64,000 bases of DNA from Vairimorpha necatrix (taxonomy: Eukaryota): contig CP142733.1 of the NCBI GenBank assembly GCA_036630325.1, positions 124,001 to 188,000 on the forward strand. The letters are read 5' to 3'. Made by a program: the position numbers and the translations under genes. The notes under the pieces are model-generated. The model did no database searches. It saw only the letters and a program-made list of their open reading frames with translations, and was not told where the DNA came from. This document shows, piece by piece, positions 1 to 13,049 of the stretch. Every line of letters starts with the position of its first letter. The stretch's first letter is position 1.

Positions 1-424
1 TTATTGACAAACATCTGACATTAATTCCGAAGATGGGAGGAAATTTTGAAAAAAGAAATTAAGATTGATATAAGTAAAATACAAAAACAAAAAACTGTAA
101 CGAATATATGCAAATGCTAGAAAAGGGAGGGAAGTATCAAGAAGTCTTCTGTTGTGAAGAAGAGAGTATAAAGGGCTATTTACTTAAAAAATCTGCAATT
201 AAAACAGAAAAGGGTGGAATTGTGCAATAAAGATCACAATGTTACTCCCCCGTCAAAGGAAGACGCAGAAAAACGTATTTAAGGTTAGAAAATATGAATA
301 TCCTAGACGTTTTAAGTCTTAATGGCGAATTTTTATTTTTGTAAGTAAGAAAATAAAGTCGTTCTATTTGACTTATATGTAATTCAATTACATGAAATGA
401 CATTATTAAAAGATAGAAAGTAAA

Positions 425-1193
425 CCAGCCCGAGTCCTAAAGCGATGCTCATTAAGCATTGGTTGCGTTTAAATTCTTGAGGCACAAAAAATTGTTTCTA
501 CTTTCTATGATGTATTTGGAACAACTCAGATTATGCAATGTCATTGATATACATTAAATTAATATTTAAAACTTGTGTGCGTCCCCCATTAAGGGATTAT
601 CTTCTAGTGTAGAAACGCACTCAAGGCCGAAAAAAACATTACCCCCTGTTGTCACTTAATTATGCACAAAAGTTTCTGATGAGTGCGGCATAATCATAGC
701 CATTGATGATGCACTCTAGAATATAATTTTAGAACAAACTAAGAGATTAGACAAAGTAGTGTTCTTAGAGATAATGTGTACCCCTTCCTACAAGATGTTG
801 TAACGTGGTGGTCCTAACTAGTGTAGCTGGTGTTCAACGCGCTCCAATAAAAAATACCATGATGTCTATGTGACTGTGTAAGAAATCTAAGTCCGATACA
901 GATAATTTGGAGACCTTTGAGTTGGTATTATTAAATCTCTCGTCGGGGTATAGAAAACCATGCCCGTTAAGTATATCTGCAGTGAGGTCACTACGGACGC
1001 AATTTGAGGTTCGTATGAAAAGTGTTCTCCTGGATCCAAGTCCAATATGTTGGCGGAGCTTGCTGCTTTGACAAGTTATATGGATATAGTTTTAGTAGTA
1101 AGAATATTAAAGTACCAGTTGTATAAGGATCACACCAAAATTCTCTGGGTTATATGATTGGTTTCGCCTTACCAATTCTTGCAAAAAAAAAAA
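425..1193 (+). mobile_element. tRNA-headed ~770 bp dispersed non-coding element (SINE-like), copy A
   Basis: Colinear with the copies at 6.7, 11.9, 38.6/39.9 and 51.0 kb (shared ttgtttctactttctatgatg, gtagaaacgcac, ggcggagcttgctgc). Degenerate tRNA-like head; A-run at 1183-1193. Confidence 0.8.
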
Positions 1194-1680
1194 TTACAAC
1201 ACTTTGGATATCTTTTTGCGTTACGTCTTGAACTTTTGCTTAAATAATGGAAACCTTTTTTTACCGTCCTGCATGCCCATTTGAGACTTGCATCAATTTT
1301 GGAGAGCTGCTCGTTTTTAATAAAAAAATCTTAATGACTATACAATCCTTTTGTAAATTTCAATTAATTCTCTGTAGTATAAGAACAAATGCCTCAAATA
1401 GGATATTTATTTCTATGGACCTAAAAGCAATCTTCTCTTGTTTTTTTACTAACGTTGTTGAAAGTATACTATGAAAAAAGAGCAATAACTCTTGTCTTTC
1501 GTCGTTACATGTTATTGAATAATTCCTTAAAGGAAAAAATTTTTATCATAAAAAGTACAAATAAACATCGACGACATTTTTTTACCTTTTTTCAAAAAGC
1601 TTTTCTTTGAAATCGCTTCGAACGATTTTTTTTATTTTTTTACCCTTCTTAAGTATAGATTTTAGGAGCTGAGATCCGAA

Positions 1681-2736
1681 AGACCCCCTACCCTCTGAGG
1701 GAGTTCACTTTATTTTTTCGAACCCAAAAAACGAAGTGCAAAATAAAAAGGAGCAGGAAGGGGACAAAAATTTCTAAGCACTTATGACATCTAAAATAAC
1801 AAATAAATATATGCTTAGATACGAAATAAATTTTGGATTTAATTAAAATCATTTAAAGTATTGTATCTTTTTGCCCTTCTTATTTTTTCAATTTTTTTTA
1901 TTTTTGGTTTATTATAAAAAGAGATTTTCTTCAAATATCTAATTTTATAATAAACCAAAAATTAAAAATATAAATAACATTTATATAAGGAAAATTAAAT
2001 AAATGTCAACGATCTATAAAGATTGTTAAATCAAAAAATTTAATTTAAAATATGAGAAGTTATTTAGAATTATATAATTTTATGATTATATTATTTTTTT
2101 AAATGAATTTCGTATACAAATATATATTTGTTTGGTATTTTTTATGTTTAAAGATGCAAGTAATTTGAGTGCTATGATTGCTTCTCCTTTATTTTGGACT
2201 TTGTTTTTGGGGTTCAAAAAAATAAAGTGAACACCCTTAGAGGGGGGCGTTTTGGTCCCCAATTCTAAAAAATCAGAAGGGTAAAAAATGCTTGTTAATT
2301 AATTTAATTGTAAAAACTTGTATTAAAATATAATTGTGTACATTATTGTGGTATTTCTCAGTCGGACCTTCATCGTACTGAGAAAACACTCTACTATACT
2401 TGATATAGTTTTATCATTTTGATTAATATATTTGTGATTACTGTTAATATATTTATTGTTCTTATTGTTGTTGTTCATTCTTTCAGAAAAACTTGCCCCT
2501 AAACAAATTATTTTTATTTATACAAAAATACTTTCTAGAAAAATCGTTGAGATTATTGACATCTCGACATGTCGATAATCTCATGTGGTTAATACCACAA
2601 TAATATATATTTATTTATTGTTTTTAATGTAATAAGTGCTTAGTAATTTTTGTCCCCTTCCTGCTCCACCTTTATTTTGCACTTAGTTTTGGGGGGTTCG
2701 AAAAAATAAAGTGAACACCCTCAGAGGGGGAGGTCT
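1681..2736. mobile_element. Non-autonomous TIR element (MITE-like) with ~105 bp inverted arms
   Basis: 1681-1784 is the imperfect reverse complement of 2633-2736. A second right-arm-like copy lies at ~2180-2290. No ORF and no clear TSD. Confidence 0.6.
2347..2599. mobile_element. Possible solo LTR nested in the MITE
   Basis: Starts tgtggtatt and ends aataccaca (TG...CA). About 250 bp, similar to the gypsy LTRs in this window, whose 3' LTR also starts tgtggtatt. Flanks attat/ataat match 4/5. Confidence 0.35.
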
Positions 2737-3660
2737 ATTAGCACCTTTAACGAATTTTATTTGAAATTGCTCCGAACGGTATCATTTATTTTAATGAACC
2801 ATAATACATAACTACAGAGGGTTGCATTTTTATGGTATATTTTTTGAAAAAAAATTTGAATTTTATATTTTACAATCATCAATAGAAATATGCTTAAAAT
2901 AATATACATTCTCAGTTAATTAGATAAATTTATGTTTTTCCTTGCGATTTCACAAACATACCATAATAGTGTGGAATCATTTACACTATAAACTAAACCA
3001 TTTTCAGAACTTGTTCTAAATCTGTTTCTATTGTATTCTGAAATCTCGTATAGCACAAAATCAAAATTTTATCACAGAAAAAAAAAAACACTTTAATATT
3101 GAGGAGCCGTGGTGCATATAGAGGCAAAAAACATAAAAAATGCATAATTCTTTTAATTATCTCAAAACTTCTCTTAAATAATGAAAATTTGCAACCCAGT
3201 GCGACTACTTTCTCGCTTTTCTAGGCATAAAAAAAAGTTTTTTTGTTTTTAAAATAAGTGGACTATGAAAATTCAAAGTTGGACTAATGAAATGCAGAAC
3301 CCTGCAATTCTATAAAAGGTTTTATATATATGTAAAATAACACAAATAATGTACAATTGAATACAAATGTGTTTTTATCAAAAGTAGATGTCCATAGACG
3401 ATTTTAAATTCGTTTTGATATTACCTCTGTCTAATAGCATAAGCTCATCTGAAAATGTTTCAGTCATTTAAAAATCATTCAATAAATAGTTATCCGGAAA
3501 CAAACTATAAGAGGATATAACTCGGAAAGCTGAGATAAAGTAAACAAAGGAAACTTAATATATAAATTACAAAAAAAAATTCACATTTACGCAACTTGCA
3601 GAGGACTGTCCTGCTAGATATTTTTAAAAACGCATATTATAACAAATGAAAAATTACTTC

Positions 3661-5259
3661 CTAATTTATTGGGGTTAAAAAATCTAAAATATTTTTCACT
3701 TTTTTTTTGTTGTAATCCGATAAACAATACCTATATATATCACTCATTTTCTTATTTTCAAATTTATAAATTATCGACGCAAAATTATAACATTCCAGCT
3801 CTGTTGAAAATAACTTAATTGTATAGAATATTTTTTCCCAAACTTCTTTAACAGTTCTCACAAGAAAAAAATAATGAATATCTAAATCATATAAAACTTT
3901 ATATAAATCAATATTTTTTTCTTGATATGATCCTGGAAGTTTTGCTAGTTCTTTAAAGCTTCTAAATATTGGTTCATTAATTTCCACATCTTCATTGATA
4001 TAATTTTCGGCTTCAAGTTTTAAGATCATTTTCATGTATTGTTCCGTTTCCCCATCTTTTTGCATATTTGTTATCAGTTTATGTTCTAATAACTGAATTT
4101 TTTTAATTTTCTTATTGCACAAAAACTATTTATATCATTAATACTTATAATATTCCACTTAGCGCATATATGTTGAAAAATGAGGCAAAATGCCGAATCA
4201 GATTTATTAAGAATTCTTTGTACAAGAAAATTCACTTTTTTATTTTGTTCTATTACACTATAAAACAAAATCAAAAATTTATCCTTTTGATTTTTATTTA
4301 GAAATCGATCAAAAATAGTTTTAAGTTTAGAAATACAAGATTCTTTATCAGATGTTTCATTACTGATATCGTAAGTTAAAAAATTGTTGGAATAACAGTA
4401 TGTAGATTCGTTGTGCTCAAAAGTTAGTTTTTCATCATCTATGATGATATTAAAGTAGTCTTTTCTCTTTTTTTCAAGTTTGACATTCTTATCCTCATTA
4501 GCATTTTTTTCGTATTCAAGTTGAAAATTAGAACGTGACTTTAATATCGTGTTAATCACTTTAAGTTCCATTATAGATTTAGCTATTTGCAAATTCTTGT
4601 CTTCAGATTGTTTATAATTCAATTTTTTTCATATATTCTTCGTCCACCCATTTTTTTAAATCAATATCTTGAATGTCTATTTCGAATATATGCACGAAAT
4701 GTTTGTTTTTAATATGAATAAAGATAATTTGCGAATCTTTTTTTCTTACAAATGTAAGTATTTTTAACGGCACGTTATATCCTTTCTTCTTATCCTCTTT
4801 TCGATTAAAAATAGTTTCTATATAGCAGCGAGATTCAATTATAAAATCATAAGGTTGCTTGCTATTTTGATTTTTTAGATGTTTGATAATATCATGCCCA
4901 ATTTTATTCAATTCAATATTTATTTGGTTATAAATCAAGATGTTTTTGTATTTAGAGTTTTGGCATATCTCTGTATTATATTCGTTAAGTTTTTTAACAA
5001 TATCATTTATTTTTTGTCCATTATAATGAAAATTTTTTTTAATACTTCGATTTGATGAATCTGGGTAGTCAATGTTAATTTTAATGGTTTTAGAAAGATC
5101 AAAAAATTTAAAACGAATAATTCTATGCCTATTTTTGGTATTAATTGTTAGAAAATTTTTAGTATATATTTTGTACATAAAAATATTGCTAATGTTATTA
5201 GTTATACGTTCCCATGATGATACGAAAAGAATCATAAACAAAATTATAAAATCTCTCAT
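3661..5259 (-). pseudogene. Secreted hypothetical protein (~530 aa) split into three overlapping ORFs
   Basis: ORFs 4612-5259, 4086-4622 and 3661-4122 overlap in series, each junction containing an A7 run. CCC motif and a signal-peptide-like start (MRDFIILFMILFVSS) occur only at 5259. Confidence 0.6.
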
Positions 5260-5927
5260 TTGAGGGCCAAATTTTTTTAATTATTAAAAATGGTTAATAA
5301 ATTTTAAAATAAGCAAATAGAAATAAACTTTTATAAATCTACATAAAAGTTTTATATTTTTTTCTAGGATAACACTAGTTTAAAATGATACATATTTATG
5401 TGGTAAATGAAAATTAATGGATAAATATAAAAGAAAAATTACAATTTTAGGATATGAGCTAAACGTCCATTTAATTTACTTAGTGGGAGCGTTAATATAA
5501 TAAAATATATACATTTACATCACCAAATAATTTAGTTGCAATTATCATTTTGTGATTTTTTTAATTTACCATTTTCGTCAAAAAAAACTCTGGGGGAACC
5601 CCTATATTAAATAAGTGTATAACATGGCGAACACAAAGGTTAAGGGGTAACAGGAAGAGTTTTAACAGGATACCAAAAAACTTCATACAAACTAAAAGAG
5701 AAGGGGCACCAATAAAACGTAGGATGAACCGAAGAAGCGCATCAAATAAGAGTTAATACAAAGGAGGATCAAATTGCGAGATCTGATTTTTGAAAAACAT
5801 TTATAATACTTTTAAAATTGGACAAAATTATTAATAAAGCTGATAATAAAAAAAATATTACTAAAGAAAATGCAATAATAGGCAGTATAAGTGATAAAAG
5901 AAAAAATGAGAGATAAGAAAAAAAATG

Positions 5928-6578
5928 GGTACGTGACCGTTTGGAACCCGCTTTGAAAAAAACAAAAAAGGGAAAAATAAAAAAATTATAAAAAAAGGGA
6001 CTTGATGATTTATTTTAAATAATGACAGAAGACAATTTATCCGGTGATTTTTGGGAATTTGGAAAGCCCTTTGGAACTCTAAAAGGTACTCATAGTGTTC
6101 TTCTTTGTTTATATCAAGATCAAATATCTCTTATAGAAATGAGCCCAAACCAACTAAATTATATGGTATTCCGACGTAGAATCGCTAGAAGTTACAGTAT
6201 TTATGTAGTGATTATAGTACTGTGCTCCATCCCTTTGCTTAGCTAATATGGCATCATATGCTACCCATTGATGGTGAACCTATTAAAAACAGGTTGTACA
6301 TTATCTTCTATTACTTATGGAAAAAGCAGTATATCTATTAGTTACAGAAACGAGCAAGGCGCACGCCGATTCAGCATCAAATTTTTCCAAAATAAACTTT
6401 TCTTTTAACCCCATGTATAAATACATTTCATCACTAAAAACCTCATCTGCCTCAACAAACATTGTTTTTGCTAATTTTGCCATTTTTTTAAAGGGACCCC
6501 CCTTTAAAATTTCAATGCGGGTTCATTTTCCCAAAGCGGGTTTATTTCCCCAAAGCGGGATCCAAACGGTCATGTACC
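5928..6578 (-). mobile_element. Internally deleted Merlin-like TIR element
   Basis: TIRs ggtacRtgaccgtttggaWcccgctttg at both ends; 5-bp TSD aaatg (5923-5927 and 6579-6583); subterminal cccgc repeats; short CCC-led ORF 6301-6483. A related segment recurs at ~63891-63980. Confidence 0.7.
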
Positions 6579-6712
6579 AAATGTTTTTTTGCAAATCATT
6601 TACCTAGAATTAGGAAATTTACAAATTTGTTTAAAATTTATTTGAAATAATAATTGTTTAATTTTAAAAAATTTTCCCCTTATAAAAATCTTAATAAAAT
6701 AATATACCAGTA

Positions 6713-7497
6713 TTTTTTTTCTTTTCAAGTAAGAGGAAGAGAGAACCCTTACATAAGGACCAGAGGTATTTAAATAAGAACCTTATCCAACCAGTACTGT
6801 GAGATTCTTACTCACTAAAACCACCTCCGTACAACATGCCGGTGCAGCAAGCTCCGTCGTATCCATTAGACTTTGGCTTCAGGAGGATACTTCCCATTTA
6901 TACCTCAAACGCATTCATAGTGATCTCACAGAGGATATGCTTAACGAGCATGGTTATCTATAAGCCGAGCACAGAGATCGTCGTACTAATTCAAAGGTTC
7001 CTACAAACATCTGTATTGCACACACGGCCCCTTAAACGAACACATCACCAGCCCGGCGTTTTATTAAACTGCGTTGACCATCATTCTCCCACTAGTTTTG
7101 GCCACCGTGGTACAGAATCTTGTATAAAGGGTCCACGAGACCTTCTATTGACTTACTTCGTTAGTCTCTTAGTTATCTCTAGGATTTCACTCTAGAGTGC
7201 ACCAACCATAGGCTCCAACTAGTCCGTACCCATTAGATACTTTTATGTATCATTAAGTTACCACAAAGGGATACTGTTTTTTTGGCTTTGAGATGCGTTT
7301 AAAAACTAGACGCTATTTTTTATAAGCTAAACGCATACAAGTTTCATTGTATCGGCATAAAAATTATTGTGGACAATTTTCATCATCTGAGTTGTATCAA
7401 CTGCATCATAGAAAGTAGAAACAAGTTTAGTGTCTCTGGAATTCGAACACGGGAATTGCTCAATAAAGCATGCCCCGATCACTGAGCCAATGTCGCT
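6713..7497 (-). mobile_element. tRNA-headed SINE-like element, copy B
   Basis: Reverse complement of the family. Head has an A-box-like tggctcagtga and a B-box-like gttcgaattcc; the tail is the T-run at 6713-6720 on +. Confidence 0.85.
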
Positions 7498-9219
7498 TTA
7501 GTGACATTTTATAAAATACACGAAGAAACGAATCATCGCGGAGTAAAAAAAACTTTTTATACGCATATTCAAAATAGTACTGGCTGTGTATAATAACAGG
7601 TAGCAAAAAACTTAGGAAACTTTGAAGTGCACAATAAAAATAACGGAAAACAATAAAAGGTTGCAAATATGTATTCAGAGACAGAACTCAGAAAAGAGGC
7701 TTTAGGTGTAATGAATCTTGTTGGAAAACAGATACGTGCTTTAAGGAATTAACGACCTTACGAGAAGAGCTTAAACATCTATTAAAAAGGACTCAAACAC
7801 CACTACAAAATTCATATTTGATAAAGGAGGTCAGATACTCAGCAAAATAAATTACGGACAATGAAAAAGTTTTTTTAATGGTAAAATAGAATGAGTATGC
7901 AACGTGAAGTTAGTTTAAAGGCTGGTAGAAGTACGAAAGGACACAAAGAAGCATGAGATCCGTGGGGTGATAATTTGGCATCAGTCAGAGAAGACGAATT
8001 AACTCACAATAAACATTGCTTCTCTTCGTAATACACCCTCTATGGACATGAGCTTCTTTTATGCAATTAGGCGAAATAATATAATACATTTGTCTTCTTT
8101 ATACTTAGTATAGACCAGGAAGAGAATACTTATACTATAAAGTTTCTAGTCTAAATGCAATCATAGGAACACTGGAGATCTGTTCCTCGACATCAATTAA
8201 CCATATTAAAATAATGATCATAAATTAACTATCGTATCTCGCGCTAAGCTTATTTATGGTTTTCATTTTTAACATATAATTGCTAAATTATTAAGGTAAT
8301 CTTGTAAAAAAAGATTGCACGTAAGATTGTTATGTACATTTTAGCCATAATAATATCAAAAAAGTGTTAAACTATGGTCGAAATAATCTAAACTTTTCTC
8401 CTATGATAGCAATATTTTTCATTCATAAACAAGAATGGTAATGACATTATGAAATGTAGGGAAAGATGTACGGCCCAAATGCGGCAATTATATTTTTTTA
8501 TTTAAAATGCTTATTTTAAAACATAAACGAATATAGATTTTTATATATTCTTTTTCATTCTAATATTCCTACCTAGCGATTAACCCCTGAGCTCGAACAC
8601 ATAGTCTTTTAACTCGTAAAAAACTATAATATCTTTGCTCCAATCCATTTTTTTTTGAATTATGCTAGTTAACATATTGTTTGAACTTGTATTAATTCAT
8701 AATTACAGACTAAGATTATTTAATTTTTTTAAAACTCTTTGGTTTTTAAAATTTACAAAAGAAATATTATGAGCTTATAATGTTAAAATAATGCCTTTTA
8801 TACACAAAATACTTAATTTGAATTTTTAATGCGTATCTCATGTGTTTTATTTTTGTTTCTAATTATTATTTTCAAACAAATTGGATCAAAGATAACGTCA
8901 AAATCGTTTTTCTGAATTTATTTAACCCTTCCGCAAGAAAAAATTTTCAAAAACGTTTAAGCGCCGAAAATTTTTTAATCATTGTGATAAAAATTTTAAC
9001 TACACAAGTTTTAAAATTATTTCATTGAGGTTTATAATTTCATTGTCTCCTTTTCTTTTACTAAAAAGGTTTTTTAGAAATTTACATATATTTTTCTTTT
9101 CCTTGTTAGAAATTTAAAAAACGATGCAAATTGAGGTCTATAATCTCAGTTTCTTCAAAACGAGAAAGTAAATTCTAATTCATAATAAAAAAATATTTAA
9201 CACACACTAAAAAAATAAA

Positions 9220-9921
9220 TTATTGTTCAAAAGTTTTATAAAGACTAGGATCAAATATGATTACATCTCTTATATATTCATCATTATTATCAAAACTTCG
9301 TATTCTCGTTTTTACACGATTTTCTGAATTTTCTAAAAATTGATGTACAATTTCCCATTCTTCATTTTTGGACACATTACTATCATATGCATATATAACC
9401 GAATCAGAAGTGTAGTCAATTTCACCTTCTCTAGTTTTAGGATTAGTCGAATTATAATTAAATCTCTCACCATTTGGAAAAGTAAAACCAGGAAAAAATT
9501 GCTTATATACAAAATTTTCATTTGTTATCTTAAACACCAGAACACATTGATCTGAAAAATCAAACTCAGCAGAAAACTTTTCAGTATTTTCTTTAGTAAT
9601 CCCCAGTACGAACTTTTTAGTTCTTTCTAGAATATCTGCTATTTCAGATATTATTAGTTTTTTGTTTTTATAATTTTTTACTGTATCTTTGTAGAAATTG
9701 GCCATGATATTATCAACGAAAGCCTTGTCTTCTTCATAACATTCGTCAAAAGCGTATTCTTTTTTTTTAAAATCGTTTTGCAGGTACAACGTGAATGTGT
9801 ATTTTTCCCAAAATGCTTTGTCAATATAAAGAAAAGCATGGTTGTGTGTTATATCTCTAGAAATAATCAGATATGACACATCGGTACAAAGAAATGAAGA
9901 AAAGAAGGATTGAATGAGCAT
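9220..9921 (-). CDS. Hypothetical protein, probably secreted
   Basis: 233 aa ORF, CCC motif upstream of the ATG, short hydrophobic N-terminus ending LC. Confidence 0.7.
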   Translation of the reverse strand: MLIQSFFSSFLCTDVSYLIISRDITHNHAFLYIDKAFWEKYTFTLYLQNDFKKKEYAFDECYEEDKAFVDNIMANFYKDTVKNYKNKKLIISEIADILERTKKFVLGITKENTEKFSAEFDFSDQCVLVFKITNENFVYKQFFPGFTFPNGERFNYNSTNPKTREGEIDYTSDSVIYAYDSNVSKNEEWEIVHQFLENSENRVKTRIRSFDNNDEYIRDVIIFDPSLYKTFEQ

Positions 9922-11149
9922 TGATGGATGGGGCTTAGAAAAAAAATATTTTTATAGTCCAATTAATATGAAACAAAATTGACTATTTTTCTTATAAATC
10001 GACAAAATAACAAGTTTGGTATTTTTTAATATTAAATATTTAATTTATCAAAATCAGAAATATTTAAGAAATTACATTAAATATTTATACTGAGAAAATA
10101 TGTTTAACTATTTTTTGTAATTTTTAAACTCATCTACATTAATTTATCAATTTAAGCCGTCAAACTCAAAGTCGTATTTAAAACTTGTAAAAGTTAAATT
10201 TTGAGCATGTCTGTATATTTAATCATTATTATTTTTCTGACATTACTCATGGGCTTAATGTTTATTTGACAGTTATTTAATTAACCGTTTTAATTTATCA
10301 AGTTTCAAAACTGTCAAAATTTGACAGTAAAAACTCGGCCTTTACATCGATATTTTATCTTATCTATCTGCAAAAATATTTTCTCTTTTTAAGCTGTCAA
10401 GTGTTTATGAGATATAATTTTATATTTGCCCTTTCTGTAGCTGTCAAATGTTGTACGTCATAATAATGATTGTAAGTGGATATTTTTTGCAATTTGCTAA
10501 ATCATTTTTTTTGATAGTTATTCTTCAAGGGATTTTAATCTGATATTAACATAAATCTAAGGTATTAAGAATTGGTTTAAATTATACGCGAGCAAATTTC
10601 TACTGAAATCTACAAAATGGAAAGGATTTAGATGTCAAATTTTCAAAATTCACTCACATTTCTATGAAAAAAGTAAGAAGAGGAAAAAAAAATGTATAGC
10701 ACAATATTGATATTTATTAGTATTTAAATATATACATTAGATTAAAACAGAGTTTTAGCAACCTTTTAAGATAAACAGGCTTTTTTTTCTTCCATCATAC
10801 AAAGTGTCAAAATTATTATTACAAGCATACCGTACAGCTATAGGAGCTTTCAATGAAATCTAATTCTTTCAGTGGTGTTTGTATGAAAATTTCTTGAACA
10901 TTTTGAAAGGGAGGTGTATTTTGAAGTCTAATCATCCTTATAATGTTCCCAGTTTATACAAGCCTTCTACACATCTTAATAATAAAACTAAAAATTACAT
11001 GTTTCTAGTATTTTTTCCTAAAAAATACCTTTTCTTATCTTCGATCTTTTCCTAAATACCACAATCCTTTATTATTTACTACTATGGTACTTTACCTTTT
11101 CTACTATAAATACATTTTTTCCTCCGCCTGAATCATGTAAAAGTACATT

Positions 11150-11900
11150 TCAAATATTAAAGCTATTATTTAATTGTATTTCTTCAATTTATCTACGCAG
11201 TGCATTACATCTGGTCACACTACCTTTTAGCTATCTCTACTATGTTCTTGGTTTCAGACCCTCCCTCTGCAAGTCCCTGCCGATGTTAAAGGAGATGCTC
11301 TCTAGTGTCTTATTTATAATTCTCATTTAAATGTAAACTTCGGTACTAATCGATAAACCATTGGTTTAACATAATTGCTGTGGTATTCCGTCCCATGTTA
11401 TGACGAATGATATATTTGATGCATTTGTACATTAGGCCCAATTCAACTGCTAAGACATCGTACTTTCTATAAATTTTTCTGAAAGTTATTTCTTTTCGAT
11501 TGGCGTTATTTTTTTATTTTTCTTGTCCAGTAAAATATATCGGGCTTTTTAAATTGTATCTTTACATCAGTGTTGATTTTGGTGTCCACACGAAATTCTG
11601 CGTTAACAGAGCTACTATTTCTTGCATGCTGTGTTTCGTATTTTCTTAGATGACTTTAGTTCATATTTTTAAATCATGTTATAAGATAATTAATATAAAT
11701 ATTAAAATTTTTCGCTTTATACTTTAAATCCTAACATTCTTACTATATGGAATGTTTAAACTATATTTCAACTTCATAGAAACTATTTCCAGCTTAACTG
11801 ATCTACATTATTGCTTTTAAATAGCAAAATAACACATAATTCTCTGCTTACGTGAATAAACTTACTTCGTTATACTATTTCATTCGGGATTATGATTGTC
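11150..11900 (-). mobile_element. Decayed 3' end of a non-LTR retrotransposon with a restriction-like endonuclease
   Basis: Broken minus-strand frames give fragments such as AEFRVDTKINTDVK, KPDI, LDKKNKK, KYDVLAVELGLMYKC and FVITWDG, resembling the PD-(D/E)xK C-terminus of RLE-clade LINEs. Boundaries are approximate. Confidence 0.6.
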
Positions 11901-11920
11901 TCCTAATCTCATACTATGCA

Positions 11921-12655
11921 TTTAGCCTTTCTAGAGATGCTTACCTTGAGCAAATTCAGGTATAAATCCCAGGACACAAAACTTGTTTCTACTTTCTATG
12001 ATGCTGTTGGATCAACTCGATGATGAAATCTAAACGATAATCATCAAGTTGATATAATGAAAATTGTGTGTGTTCAGCCACAAGGGAATGGACGTCTGGT
12101 GTAGAAACGAACTTAAGGCCGAAAACAGTATCCCTCTTGTGGTGACTAAATGATGCATAAAAGTATCTAGTGGGTACGGCCTAGTTGGAGCCCATGGCTG
12201 GTACACTCCAAAGTAGATTTCTAAAGAAAACTGAGAGACTCGACGTTGTAAATTTAAAAATGTCCCGTGGATCCTATTCTACAAGATTCTGTAACACGGT
12301 GGCCGAAACTAGTGGGTGACTGGTGGTCAATGCAGGCCAATAAAAATTCCAGGCTGATGATTTGGGCGTATGTGCAATACAAATGATTGTTGGGACCTTT
12401 GAGTTAGTACGATGCTGCCTCTTTTCGGGGCATAGATAACCATGTTTGTTAAGTATATCCGCGCGAGGTCACTCTGGACTCGAATTGGGGGATAAATGGG
12501 AAAGTTCTCCTGGGCCAAAGTCCAATGGATACGGCGGAGCTTGCTGATTTGGCAAGTAATATAGAGGGAGTTATATTGAGTAAGAATCCCACAGTACTAA
12601 TTGGATAAAGATCACAATCAAATTTCTATGTAAGGTTTCTCCCCATCTAATATAT
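11921..12655 (+). mobile_element. tRNA-headed SINE-like element, copy C
   Basis: Colinear with the other copies from cttgtttctactttctatgatg to gtaaggtttctcccc; head is degenerate. Confidence 0.8.
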
Positions 12656-12885
12656 AATAGAAAACCAATTTGAGATATTCTAATGTTCCTATCTTTTCAA
12701 TGCTTGCATTTCTGATTTTTTTACATTTATGCCTTAAAATATGTTTTATTCAATATGACAAATTTTGAGATTATTAAATCAAACAGGCATTCATTGTAAA
12801 AACACTCAAGAATGTTATTCAAAATTATAAATATAAAATAGTCCAGTTTTCAAATTCGCTCTTTCAATACTTAAATTTATTCAAT

Positions 12886-13020
12886 AAAACAATATTAATT
12901 TTTAAAAAATAATATAAAAAAACAATATTAATTTTTTAAAAATAATATTAAAAAAACAATATTAATTTTTTAAAAATAATATTAAAAAAACAATATTAAT
13001 TTTTTAAAATATAATATTTA
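12886..13020. repeat. ~30 bp AT-rich tandem repeat, about 4 copies
   Basis: aaaacaatattaattttttaaaaataatat repeated head to tail. Confidence 0.8.
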
Positions 13021-13049
13021 TTTTCTACTTATCAAATTTGGTTTTATTT

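Noticed and set aside
6836-7195. ORFs inside the SINE-like copies (also 12327, 40156, 40336, 51429)
   Set aside because: Frames and stops are not conserved between copies; these are chance ORFs in GC-richer DNA.
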